A DNA stretch of 63,679 nt, the filler included, from Choristocarpus tenellus KU-1152 (taxonomy: Eukaryota; Protista; Phaeophyceae), in assembly GCA_964200185.2 (NCBI GenBank). It is 12 parts of 12 records of this genome, joined end to end, with 100 filler letters (N's around TTAATTAATTAA, not from the genome) between each part and the next. Parts side by side here need not be neighbours in the genome. Positions count along the whole stretch, not along the records: positions 48,047 to 57,302 come from CAXNAD020003838.1; positions 57,403 to 60,754 come from CAXNAD020020610.1; positions 60,855 to 63,679 come from CAXNAD020024426.1; 9 more parts are not named here. One strand, 5' to 3'. Under the pieces are notes generated by a model that was given only the letters and a program-made list of their open reading frames with translations, ran no database searches and was not told the origin of the DNA. Positions 50,281 to 61,868 of this stretch are shown one piece after another. Numbering within the stretch: position 1 is the stretch's first letter; each line of letters starts with the position of its first letter. The position numbers and the translations under genes are program-made.

Positions 50281-50800
50281 ACTTGATGCTCAGGAGAAGG
50301 TTCTGATTTCAATTCACCATATTGGACAGTACCTTCCAAAGAGGGAGGTTGGGAAGAACGCAACAATATAGAAACTATTCGCTTCTCCTAAGGAGGGTCA
50401 GGTACGACATGAGAAGATCGGAACTGGGGATCCTTTTGTTGTAAGTCAAATTAGATATGTCTTGTAACTTTTGAACTGGCCCCTCAGAAGGAACAAGTAT
50501 CTGCTCTGATCAGGCTAGATGTGAATTGAGTGTGATTGTATCCTGTGACCTAGTGGACAGAAACTTTCAAGGGAATATGGATATCAATTAATCACATTTG
50601 TGATTAGGGAGATCGGAACTGGGGACCCATTCATATTAGGCCCTGTCCGAGATATATACTTTGTAAATTTAAATGAAAGTATACACTCTGATTGGGTCAG
50701 ACATATATTGAATATGACTGTGTCTTACGACTTTTGGGGATCCATTCTCAAAGTAAACGAGGAGATTTGTCAATTATTGTTGGAATCCACGGGTTAATTT

Positions 50801-50937
50801 GGAACTGGAGTCCCTATGTTGGAAACAACTGGCAGAGCCGGAACGGGAATCCCTATGTCGGAAACAACTGGCAGAGCTGGAACTGGAACCCTTATGCCGG
50901 AAACAACTGGCAGAGCCAGAACTGGAACCCCTATGTT
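50801..50937 (+). repeat. 39-bp tandem repeat, 3.5 copies
   Basis: GGAACTGGAGTCCCTATGTTGGAAACAACTGGCAGAGCC and variants. Confidence 0.93.
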
Positions 50938-52049
50938 ACCAAATGGCGATTATACATACCACCGCACCACGATCTAAGGTGATGGATGCTATATATTGTC
51001 CTGAACCATGATTATCGCCTGTGATAAGCGTGAAACATTTATGCCTAGTTCAGGCTGGAGGGCATGTTAGAGGCGAATAGCGCGAGCATTTCTTCTCGTG
51101 TTCTTGAAAGCGCAACCAGTATAAAGATTAGCAGTACATAGGTGTCCTTACAGAATAAATGCTGATTTGTTAGATAATGCAGAGTAAGATTCGGAGTGCA
51201 TACGTAACCTTACAGAAGAAATGTCAATTCCTAGAAGTTGCAGAATAAAGGCTTATGATTGGAGTATGTGGAGCCAAAGCAAACGAGAGGTACCCAGGTT
51301 CTGGTCGATTTGTTGGAGATGTTTTTTAACTTATAGTCCGTAGAAAGTCTCGATAGGACCTCCATGATACAACATGCTCCAGAAGCTTACCTCCACAGGA
51401 TGTATAGCTCCAATCTACAGGCCTATAGATGACGCTGATGCACGTATAGGACTCGTGATGCATAAGCAGTCAAATATGCTGGATCTCTCACTTGGATTAT
51501 TGCCTTCGTAAGTATCAATATTATAATATAAAAAGGGACTGGCAACGATGTACCACGTAAAGCATGAAAATAACTAAATAATAAATAAATAGTCAAGAAG
51601 TGCAAATATATCAAATCTAGGACTTCAAGGTCATAATGGTGTTTGTGAAACGCCACCAAGACATATTGCCTGTAAGATGCCCCCCTAGCATGAAGCATAA
51701 TTGCTTCAATGCAATAAATAGGCGATTGGACAAGGAAATATAATGTCACTCCTCATCCTATCATGAATGTAGCAGAAATGAAATGAATGTCACTTCCAGG
51801 TCCTACCATATCGGTAGGCAGGGTTGGGGATCCAGCGGAGGAGGAAACCTGGAGTAAGAAACCCCTTCCAACGTTTGCCCTCACGATAGACATGTTCACG
51901 GCATTCACTCTGCATTTGACTCAATGTTCAAAAGAAAAACTCCTACACGAGAGTCTCATACATACGTCAAAAGTAGGGTACTGTCTAAAAAGAAACCACC
52001 GCCTCCAAACTAAAAAACACAAATACAGACACAAAACCAGAGTAGCATT

Positions 52050-52980
52050 GAGCTTGGGTATTGCCATCGACACTCCCCCTTCAGAACTAAAGCATTGCAA
52101 CTACAGGACACTAAGGCAATGACTCACGGTCACGAACGAGATTGGGTGCTGCCATGGAAAGGCTTACCCTCCCTAGAAACTATGAAAATATATAAAAAGA
52201 TACAAACATCTTACCACAAAAAATAAAATAGGGAGTGTCTCAGCAATTCTCTCCCTCTTCACAACTATCAACACAAATGAATACAAAATTACAATAGCAC
52301 TGAAATAGGTACTGCCATAGACTGTCCCCCTTCTCAACTATAAACACAAACTATAGGACACCAAGATAATGTCTCACAGTCGCAAACAAAAATAAGGTGC
52401 TGCCATATAAGGGCTTGCCCTCCATACGAACTAAGAACATAAAAACAAAAAACGGCTTTCTCGAAATACTATAAAAATAGGGATTGTCATAGCAAGACTC
52501 TCCCCCCTCACACATATCGACACAAATGAATATGGATGCAAAATCACAATAGCACAGAAATAGGGTGCTGTCATAGACTTTCCCCCTTCAGAACTATAAA
52601 CACAAACAACGATAGGACACCAGCACAATGCCTCACAGTTGCATAGGTAGGGTGCTGCCATGGAAAGGCTTACCTTCTAGGAACTATGAACGTACAAACA
52701 AATATAGACAAACGTCTTACAATATCATCAAAATAGGGAGTGTCATAGCAAGACTCTTCTGCTTCACAACAATCAGCATAAACAATACTATACAAGAATA
52801 GTGTCTAAAATTTAAACAAAAATGTCTAAGAATCACATAAAATAGGGAATGTCTTCATAAGAATCTCCCCTTCACAACTATCAACAGGAACAAATACAAA
52901 ACACAAGAATAATGTCTAAAAAAAAAAGACAAATATTTAGCAATAACATCAAAATAGGGAATGCCATAGCAAGACTGCTC
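52050..52980 (+). repeat. Higher-order tandem repeat: monomers of about 85 bp in an A-B-C period of about 250 bp
   Basis: Eleven AATAGGG-TGCTGCCAT-like motifs at about 52056, 52144, 52231, 52308, 52396, 52480, 52563, 52650, 52736, 52845 and 52957. Every third monomer is most similar. Confidence 0.85.
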
Positions 52981-53045
52981 ACACTGGTTAGAGTGTGAAA
53001 AGGCAGACATGCTATTCATCTGTAACATTCTGGAGCACGCTGTGA

Positions 53046-53516
53046 CACAAATGCTCCTGCATGGAAGACCAGATCCATGCGGAAATTCCTATCCACTGTG
53101 AATGGGCTACCATCTTCCATACTGCAGGGAATGCCCATTCCTTTGCAAAGTTGACCCAGTCGTTTTTAACGTCGGTGTGTGTTGACGAGTCTGTCCTCCA
53201 GCATTAGGGCAGGTTCGTGCATGTCTGGTCTCTACGTTTTGCCTTCCGCAACCAGCCACCAGGCATCTGTTCGATAGGGTCTCCTCTCTCCCCATGGATC
53301 TGCTGAAGGTGAGTTTAAACTCAATGGGGGGGATCTGGCATGCCAGCTCGAGGGGTTGTGTGGAGGCCCATGTATATGCCCCTTGTCCACATTGGCTCTG
53401 GTGGCGTGCCAGGGTTAGCAAGGAACTTTCCTTCCCTTGATCCACTTCATTAGGTAAGGCGACCAATTGGGTGTAGAAAGAGTCGAAACGGATCCTGTTC
53501 AGGATGCGGTTGATCA
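53046..53516 (-). mobile_element. CRE-like retrotransposon fragment (zinc-knuckle to RLE start)
   Basis: RCLVAGCGRQNVETRHARTCPNAGGQTRQHT..FRMDLVF, homologous to 18916-19395. Confidence 0.85.
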
Positions 53517-53884
53517 AATTCTACCGACAAGAACATCTACCTTCAGGTCAACTTTTGTGGTGTCGAACGTCTAGAAAATAATATATGGAAAATACATTTT
53601 TTCCTTGTAATTTTGTATCACCATCACTACATCGCCACATCGGTATATTTAATTCACTTTTTTTGGACTTCATAGATTCTAGTTTTCTGGTTGGGTCATA
53701 AGAAAAATATTTAATGCTCCTCACCAGTTTCGAGAGAGGGAAGAAACTGCTGTCCTGTTTTGTAATAGTCACTATCAACCTTGGTTCCAATTGTTTGGAG
53801 TAAAGCAACCTTTGAAGAGTAGATAGCTAGCCAAACTCTAAACCACAAAAGACAACAGCTGTACAACATTCCCGTATTGTCTGA

Positions 53885-56543
53885 ATGGGAATCGAAGAAG
53901 CCGACTTTATGGAGCAGCAAGGATACACTAGTAGGACGGTATCTGTGATGTCCTGGGACACCATACCTCAACCGACCTGCTATCGCCGAGTTGGCCACGC
54001 CATCAATGCTGTTGAAAATGTCTGGTGTGGAAATTTCGGAAGATCACAGAGCTGCAGTATTCGCTGGCTTCGACCTAGAAAAGTGGAGTGGTTGATGAAT
54101 ATGGTGTTGGTGCTGTTGTTCATGACAGTGTCGAACTGTTTTCCTATGGCAGACGTGAAGGGAAACAGCAGTTACCCGTTGTCAGGAGAAAGTTATTCTG
54201 GACCTCCAAAACCCAGATGGTTCAGAGTTGTCAACTCGAAGGCTGCACACCCGGCTATGTATGTACCCGGAGACGGACTGGTGTACTGCCCCATAGCCAA
54301 AGTGAGTCTGATGGTTGAAGGCAAATTATCTCCTGAATTATACGGTAGGGTTGGTGCCTGCACCAGCGATGCTGCCGTCCATCTGTGTGAATGATCCTTC
54401 CATGACACATAAGGTCCGAAGTTGTTCTCAGCAAGTCTAGGTCTTTGTAATCACGTGAGATGCAAGGTTGACAGGACTTGATGTATATATATACCTGTGT
54501 TCGGGACACAATGCCTTGTCTACACGGTTGAAATGGTGCCACTGTGTGGCGGGTTGAACGATTGGTACTCCGCTCACCAGAAAGAGCGGAGACAGATGGT
54601 GGTTATGTCTTGATCCCTCAAGTATTATAACGGTGGAAATTAGTAGCATAGCACTCACATACCTCTTGGTGGTTTCGTTCACCCCGTCATCGCATGCGTC
54701 GGAACACCCCCCCCCTTTTCCCTCGTGTCCGTTCAAGGTGGCATGCTCAGAATGGAGGAAGGCCATGCGTTGGATGCTGGGAATCCCAGGTTGGGATTCG
54801 GGTCCCATCCATGAACAGGTCTGTCGTTACTTCTTGTAGACAGGTCTTGTTGTTATGGGCAGACATATGTAATCAATATCCTACCTGTAGTAGGAAACAG
54901 TTCCATTGCATGTGAATCGAATATTTTTCATTTCCTACACACTTATGTGGTGAAGTATCTGGGTACGTGAGGGGGGGGAAAGTCTGAGGCATCACCTCCC
55001 AGTCACCAGCTTCTATGAATGACTGAGACAGCAAGAACAGCATGCTAGAGACTTCATTTATTTCCATTTTGGTTCAGGATGTGATTCCCTTGATGGGCAC
55101 TCCCAATGGTGGTCTAAAGTTTATCTTGGAATAGACCCATGCCACTCAATTGATATTTTTGTCGTACCTACATGGCAGTGTGCCATGTAATGACCTCCCT
55201 CCCCACCCAGCTTTTACAATCCCCCTTTCAACACCCCCCCTTTAATTCTCTCCTCCTCACAGAATGGAATACCATTAGTGGCGAGTAGGCACAGGGTGGA
55301 GGTTGAACGTATGATGAATGATGACTCCTGGCACAAGTGAGTGATGTCAAATTCTCAACTCTCACCCTCCACGAAAAGAGACTTCAAAGTTCCTGTCATG
55401 TGCATACCAAATACTAGTTGTTTTCATCTTTCTCTTGCTCTCTCTGTTCCTTGTACCATACACCCTCTCCCTGGCAACCTTACTCTCATAGATCTTGCCT
55501 CACAAATTCAGGACTTGTACAAGGGATTGTTTTTTCTCAGAGCCACGGTGTGTGTAATTTTAATCTGACCTTTGTGCAAGGAGAGGGATTGTTCTAGAAG
55601 CCGTTGTGATAGCAATGCGCTGCATATGAAAACCTTCCCTCTTTTCAAATATTTTGGTTCTTCATGTTGCATTGCCTTCTTCCCCTCCCCCTCTCGCCTT
55701 TGTGGGAAGCATGCATGCCTGCTCTGTTCTTCTAAATTTTATTCCAAATTCCTTTGCGGTGCGTTCCTTTTTATTTTCTTTTGCATAAACAAAAAAAAGG
55801 TTTGTGGTTGTTCGTGAGCCCGCAGAGCGACTACTCTCAGCCTTCCTCAACAAGTGTGCAGGCTCGGAGTGGTTCAACTGCCCCTATCTCGAGTTTTTGT
55901 CGGAACATTTTAAGGGAACAAAGGACAGGACCCCTGCCACCGACAGGGTATGGTATTTTCATCAAACTCCCTCCCCTACCCCTCTGCAACCCTGCGACTC
56001 CTACATATTGTTTTGAAACTGACACCGAAACTTGAGTATTTCGTAAGAGACCACCAGAAGGTCACACCAACTTTGTTTCCAAGAAATAATTATCCAGCGG
56101 CATGCCCCATTGACATGCTATTCACACATATCCATGCAGAATGGTGCAAGGAAGCAATGAGTTGAGGGACGAGGATCTGAAGGTGATCTTTTGCAGGACA
56201 AGGAAGAATTGTTGCAGTTCAATTATTTTGTCCCTTGTCACTGTGAACGTGTTTCAGGCAACCAGAGAGCACAGGAATGGATCAGTGAGTGGTCAGTGCT
56301 GCATTCTACAAGTGAACCTTTATTTTCTGTTTGCTTTTTTTTTTTAATGTCAACTTTTAGGCCATGCTTGAGTACATCCGCAATAGACCCAGGGAGGCGT
56401 TTTTGGAGTGGTCAGAAGGTGTCAAGAGGGACGTGGAGAAGGATGGGTGCCGTGTCAACTCCCACTGGCGACCTCAGTACTGCTTCTGTGGGGTAGCACA
56501 GTTCCTCCCGGCATACCATGTCATACCTTTCCAGAACATGACG
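53885..56543 (+). CDS. Golgi-type carbohydrate sulfotransferase (Sulfotransfer_2, HNK-1ST/CHST8-14-like), 3'-partial
   Basis: Exons 53885-54301, 54738-54818, 55263-55336, 55800-55947 and 56361-56543. They encode an N-terminal hydrophobic anchor, 5'-PSB LVYCPIAK|VACSEWR, 3'-PB FVVVREPAERLLSAFLNKC, and NSHWRPQYCFC. Confidence 0.93.
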
Positions 56544-57402
56544 GTGAGGGGGGTCAGACTATTAACATTTTTTTTTATTCCCTGCTTGCTTGCAGCTTGC
56601 TTGGTGCGCACGAGCTGTTGTTGTATTTGAACAAGGCAAAGAATTAAAAACAAGAGTCTGCAGAGATTAGATGTGAGATTTATATCATTTTATGGTTTTG
56701 TATGGAGATGGATGTGCAAGGGGGCAGGCCTTAACAAGGAAATGAGGACAAAGTCCATTGCCTGCACCTTCAAGTCCAGGTACGTATTTGAAGGACTGCA
56801 TCCTGGATGCAATGCTTCTGCCCCCAAATGGTGGCCTTGGTAGGCTCTCAGGGGGTAGGCGGGGGGGAAGTGGGAGTGCTTGCTTGCCTGTTTTGATTTG
56901 CGTGACCCCCTTGTCCTCACCAGATGCATGGATAGCGGTGTGAGGATGAGACAGCTCTTGTTGTTAGCTTCTTGGGAGTCAGTCAAAACTATTAACTGGA
57001 TGGCACCTGGTCTCCGTGCTTTTTTTGTTTGGTTATGTACGAAAACTTCAATCATGACCTATTTTATTGCCTTCCCGTATCTCTTGTTGGCAAGTTTTTC
57101 TGAAGTTGGTGTGTTGTGAAGGGGAGTGATTGCTTTTCATACAATACGTACCGCTGTTGTAAATCTTATCTGATTTTGTGGAATGATGCGGAAAAAAACT
57201 CAGGAGTGTGAGTCACAAAGAAGAACATGTAAAATCCCCCCCAACACAAAACAAACCCTAAACCCCCCAAAAGAACGTACTTCTTCTTGTTATCTTTTTT
57301 TTNNNNNNNNNNNNNNNNNNNNNNNNNNNNNNNNNNNNNNNNNNNNTTAATTAATTAANNNNNNNNNNNNNNNNNNNNNNNNNNNNNNNNNNNNNNNNNN
57401 NN

Positions 57403-60137
57403 GTAGTGCCCCAAGTCGGTCAGGCAGTGGCGCCGACTCCAGTTTGGAGGGGGGGGGGGCAATGGGGGCTAGTAGAGGTCGTCACCATAGAAGACCTTCG
57501 TCATGGAATTTTCCTAAATTTTCCCCGAGAATAGAGTTGGGGGAAGGTATGGGGGATGGGAGGGAAGGGGTAACGCCTTCTAGTGTGCAATCGCACAGGA
57601 GAACAACGAGTTCGGGTGGTATTTGGGAGGAATCTGATGGTAATGTGGAGGAGGTGGCGGGGGAGCACAAGGGGAGAGGCAATACTAGGAACAAGCTCCG
57701 GCAAATGTTGCGGGCTTTTGCAATGTACAACCGACGTGTCAGCTACTGCCAGGTGGGGTGGCGGGGCGGGTTGGGTTAGGGAGGTTGAGGGGGTTGGGTT
57801 TGGATGTGGTTAACTTCAAGAAAGATGTGATATGGTGGAGTGATAGGGAGTAACTCTCTATGTGAGGACTGATGATAATGGGACGTATGATACTTTTTTT
57901 GGAGCGTATCAATGACCAAACAGGGTACTTGTGTGTATCTCTTGTAGATTGTTCACAAGTTTGCATCTTTTGTTTTTGTCAGTAGATGTGAGAAGTTGAG
58001 AGTGTTGTGTTGATGCCTCGAAGAACTTTAGGTAGTAAGGACCATGAGGAACCCTTTGTTTGGTGGGCATGCGATGGTGTCTATTATAGTTGAAAGTTAT
58101 GCATGCTCTACTGGACTGTTTTTTTTTCAGTACAAGAATTTTTTTTTCTCTTATCACAACTGCCATCAGAGCTGCATACTCTGCCCCAGATTAATAAAAC
58201 TGCAGGGTCATGTGTCTACTCAAGAGTGACATACCAACAGAACCCCACTACCCCCAGCCATTTCCCACCCCCTGTCAAATCCCATAAACCTTTCCATATT
58301 CCTGAATCCTCTATCAGATGTCATTGACTGCCCTCTCTCTCTGCTGGCCTTAGCTTGCCTGATTATTCCCATTCCACCCCCCCCCCCCATCCTGCACGCA
58401 ATCTATTTATCACAATCTTAGTGTGTACCACTACTGACTGATGAGTGCGTTGGTTTTTTCTTTTGATGTTGCTTCAGGGCATGAACTTTGTAGCGTTAAC
58501 CCTTTTGGAAGTCTGCCACGGGGATGAGGAAACGGCGTTCTTAATACTGGTTGGGATGTGTGAGCGACTGGATCTAGAGGTGAGGCATGTTGTTAAGGGA
58601 TGACTGTTGAGAATATGGAAGTTTTGTACAGGAGATGGTATGTTGGAACTGTGTGATGTAGTGTATGGTTTTGTGTTGGATACTTAGATGTGTCAACATA
58701 GATGAACATGCGTTAAAGCTTTTGGATTCCATCCGACACATAAAGTTTTGACTTTTTACAGGCATCTATCTCTCCGTGTGATAGTCACGCCTACAGAATT
58801 TTTTGACCGGCTCTATGATGTTTCATTTTTGTACCCACACACTTTTATCAAGTGTGATCTCTGTGGACTGTTGTATACCCTCACTTAATACCTATTAAGA
58901 CCTCTCTTACGTCCTGAGCAATGATAGTCTTTTTCCTTGCCTGACTTTGAAAATGAAGTTTAGTTTTCAGTGCCATGTCTAGCAAGCATCCATCTCTTGA
59001 GATTGAACGAACTAGTGTCTGTTAGTAAGAAGGTACCACATACTAACATTGGTGATTTTTGAGGACAAAGTAGGATCACTTGTGCTATGTCTGTGACACC
59101 TCTGAAAGTATAGTACCTCCAAGGTAAACCGCTATCAATTTTTGGATTGATGATAGGTTTATTTTTTTGTTGTTGTGAGGTATTGTGTTTACACCATCTC
59201 TCTCCCAAGCTTGAAGAGCTTGTGGCTATTTTAAATGGAAATGGGGTGGAGGTTAGGCAGTAGTGAGAAAGGATTGTACAGGCCTCACCTGCTTCTGATA
59301 GAAATGTCATGGCCATTGTCAAGTACCCCAGGAAGATCATTTGACTCTGAAACGACGACCCCCATTTGGGTGAATATCCCTTGCAATGGGAATCAGTGCA
59401 GAACAGGAAGGAGTTGGAGATTGACTGGGGATGGATTTGAAAGTTGATGTCGTCAACATTTCCAACCTTCAAATATTTTGATAGTATCCTAATTATTTTT
59501 TTTGTAGACTTGAGGGAAGATTCTTACAGTTTGGGACAAGAAGAGAAACATACTTGGGGCAGTTTTTTTTTTGGCACTAGTGAGCAGACCAATGGGAAGA
59601 TAAAAGGCCTGCGTGCCTGGAGTGCAAGGTGGTGTTATTAGCTTTTGGATGGACTGGTATTTGATCTCTGGACTGTTCCACGATTTGAGAACTCTTCTCA
59701 AGATCCTCCAGTCTGGGACAAGACGAGTACATCCACTGCAACGGGGTGTTTTGACCAAACATGTCCACAGTCATGGCACAGCTCCCCTGCTATCCTTGTT
59801 CCTTTTTCCGTTTCCAATTTTTTTGTGATGGACAATATCCTTCTGCGTAAAGCATATGAACAAATGTTGCTCGAACGCTCAAGTGCACAAACCCTCATTC
59901 CCTCTGTGGAACTTTAATCTCCTCTCTGGAATATCATTTGCTCAGGGCATGTGGTGGCAGGGGCTGCAGCGCCTGGAGTTCTGCTTCTTTGCCCTTGATC
60001 GGCTGTTGATGTGGTATGCACCGTCGTTGCAGGAACACCTTAGGGATGAAGGCGTGAGCCTGGGGATGTTTACAGGTCGATGGTTTGTGACTCTTTTCAC
60101 CAGTCACGACGTGTTTGGACGTCGGACCTCAAGAAAG
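57403..60137 (+). CDS. TBC-domain Rab GTPase-activating protein, internal partial gene
   Basis: Exons 57403-57752, 58478-58579 and 59946-60137 give LRQMLRAFAMYNRRVSYCQ|GMNFVALTLL..DEETAFLIL..|PSLQEHLRDEGVSLGMFTGRWFVTLF. Confidence 0.95.
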
Positions 60138-61868
60138 GTGGGGGAATAGGGCCATGAATTGTTGTGTACGATACGATGGCCATGATTTGGTTTTCGTGGA
60201 AGAGTGTTTCTTTTGATCGTTTGAAATATATATACATATATACATATATATTTTAGGTGTGCTGTGCACATGCTTTGATTTAATGGCACGAGCAGGAAGA
60301 TCTGGAGTTGATTTAAGATTGTTGTACTCAGGTTTGTCTTCGCTCTATCCTGCTTGTCCGCGGACGGATTCTCAGGAGACAACTTAGTGCACAGGGGTTG
60401 TGAATTGAACACAAGCGGGATAGGCTTTTGAACAAGCTGTGCTTATTTTGGCATTTTCAAGAGATCAGATTGTTGGTTTGGGCTGGATCGCTTGCTGAGC
60501 AGCAGTTGGATGAAGTGTTGTTAGGACTGGATGAGTGTCACAGTGGCATTCAGTAGATTTTTGAGATGCGTTGGTGGTCAATGCATGCTGCTTGCTGGTG
60601 ATAGTTGTGGCACACCCCTTTGGTTTTGGTTACGACCTGTGCCGTTTTATCCTGAGGAGCAGAAAGGAAAATGAAAATAAATATGACAATTTTGTTCTAG
60701 GCTTCATGTCGGGTTGTTTCCTTTTTCTGTTTAGATGCAGACACCCCTCCCCCCNNNNNNNNNNNNNNNNNNNNNNNNNNNNNNNNNNNNNNNNNNNNTT
60801 AATTAATTAANNNNNNNNNNNNNNNNNNNNNNNNNNNNNNNNNNNNNNNNNNNNGACCTCACACATGCCAGTTACACTTAGGGGGGACACTGTGACCTGC
60901 AGCCACTGCACCATCTCCAGAAACCTTGACTCAATCTGTGCTACAATATGGTCGTAACGTATCTCAAAAAAAAGAAGAAAGAGCACCATCTCGATATTCC
61001 TGGTCATCTTTTCTCATTTATAGTTCTGAACTCTTATAGAGCCATCAAGAATATTCTGAGAAAAAGAATTATGACATTTTTCTTCAAACCGATCTTTCAC
61101 TAAAAACAAAACCAATAGGAAGTGAGATCTTTGTTCTGGATACCAAGAACAAGCACCTCTCAAAATGCGACTCTTGCAGAGCAAGAAGAAAAGGACTCAT
61201 TTCCTATTGTTATATATTTATTTAATCCGCATCTCGATGATCAGTTATTTTATGAAAAACTAAAAAAATAGTTGTCATATTACTTCTCATTTACTATCCC
61301 TGCCAAAGAGGTAAGAAATTCAATACTCTCCTCTCTCTTTGAGAAGAGGGCACACTACTCCACCTAATTACTCCATCTTCCAGAGTCAATTACGGAGAGA
61401 GAGGCCTTCGTCTCAAAAGGCACCCACCCTTGCCCTGGATCAATTCACACTAGTTTAACAAGTACAAAGACGTAAGGCGGGTGCCACTCAAATCAACCCC
61501 ACCACAAAAAAACTACACCAAACCTAGATTCCCTGTAATAACCATTTCCCTCAGTGGGATAATGCTTAAAATTTAACCCATACACAGACACACATCAGGC
61601 ACACACCTCAAGTTGTGTCCGAGACCTAAGATCTATAATACTCCTAAGATACATATCAAATCCACCTAATCCCCCCCCACATTCTCACTTTCCGCCAGAG
61701 GTAGAGTTAAACCTAACCCTGACCATATCAACCTTGTCTCTATTAAAGGCACACTCTCCCTGCTTGCACAACCTCAGTACACAAGCTACACAAACCGCAT
61801 TTGTAGCCTGCTTGCCACTCTTTCGAATTACATTGAGTAGGCATCTGTGCCAATGGGAAAAACCCACT

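Larger units (their letters stand above)
49480..51672. mobile_element. Non-autonomous DNA transposon with about 315-bp TIRs (Tc1/mariner-like TA|CAGG...CCTG|TA ends)
   Basis: 49480-49792 and 51354-51672 are diverged inverted repeats, with TA at 49478-49479 and 51673-51674. No transposase is recognisable inside. Confidence 0.8.

Noticed and set aside
52050-52980. CRISPR-like repeat-spacer appearance (also 50801-50937 and 14786-14960)
   Set aside because: Spacers are homologous to one another, repeats are degenerate, there are no cas genes, and the context is eukaryotic.
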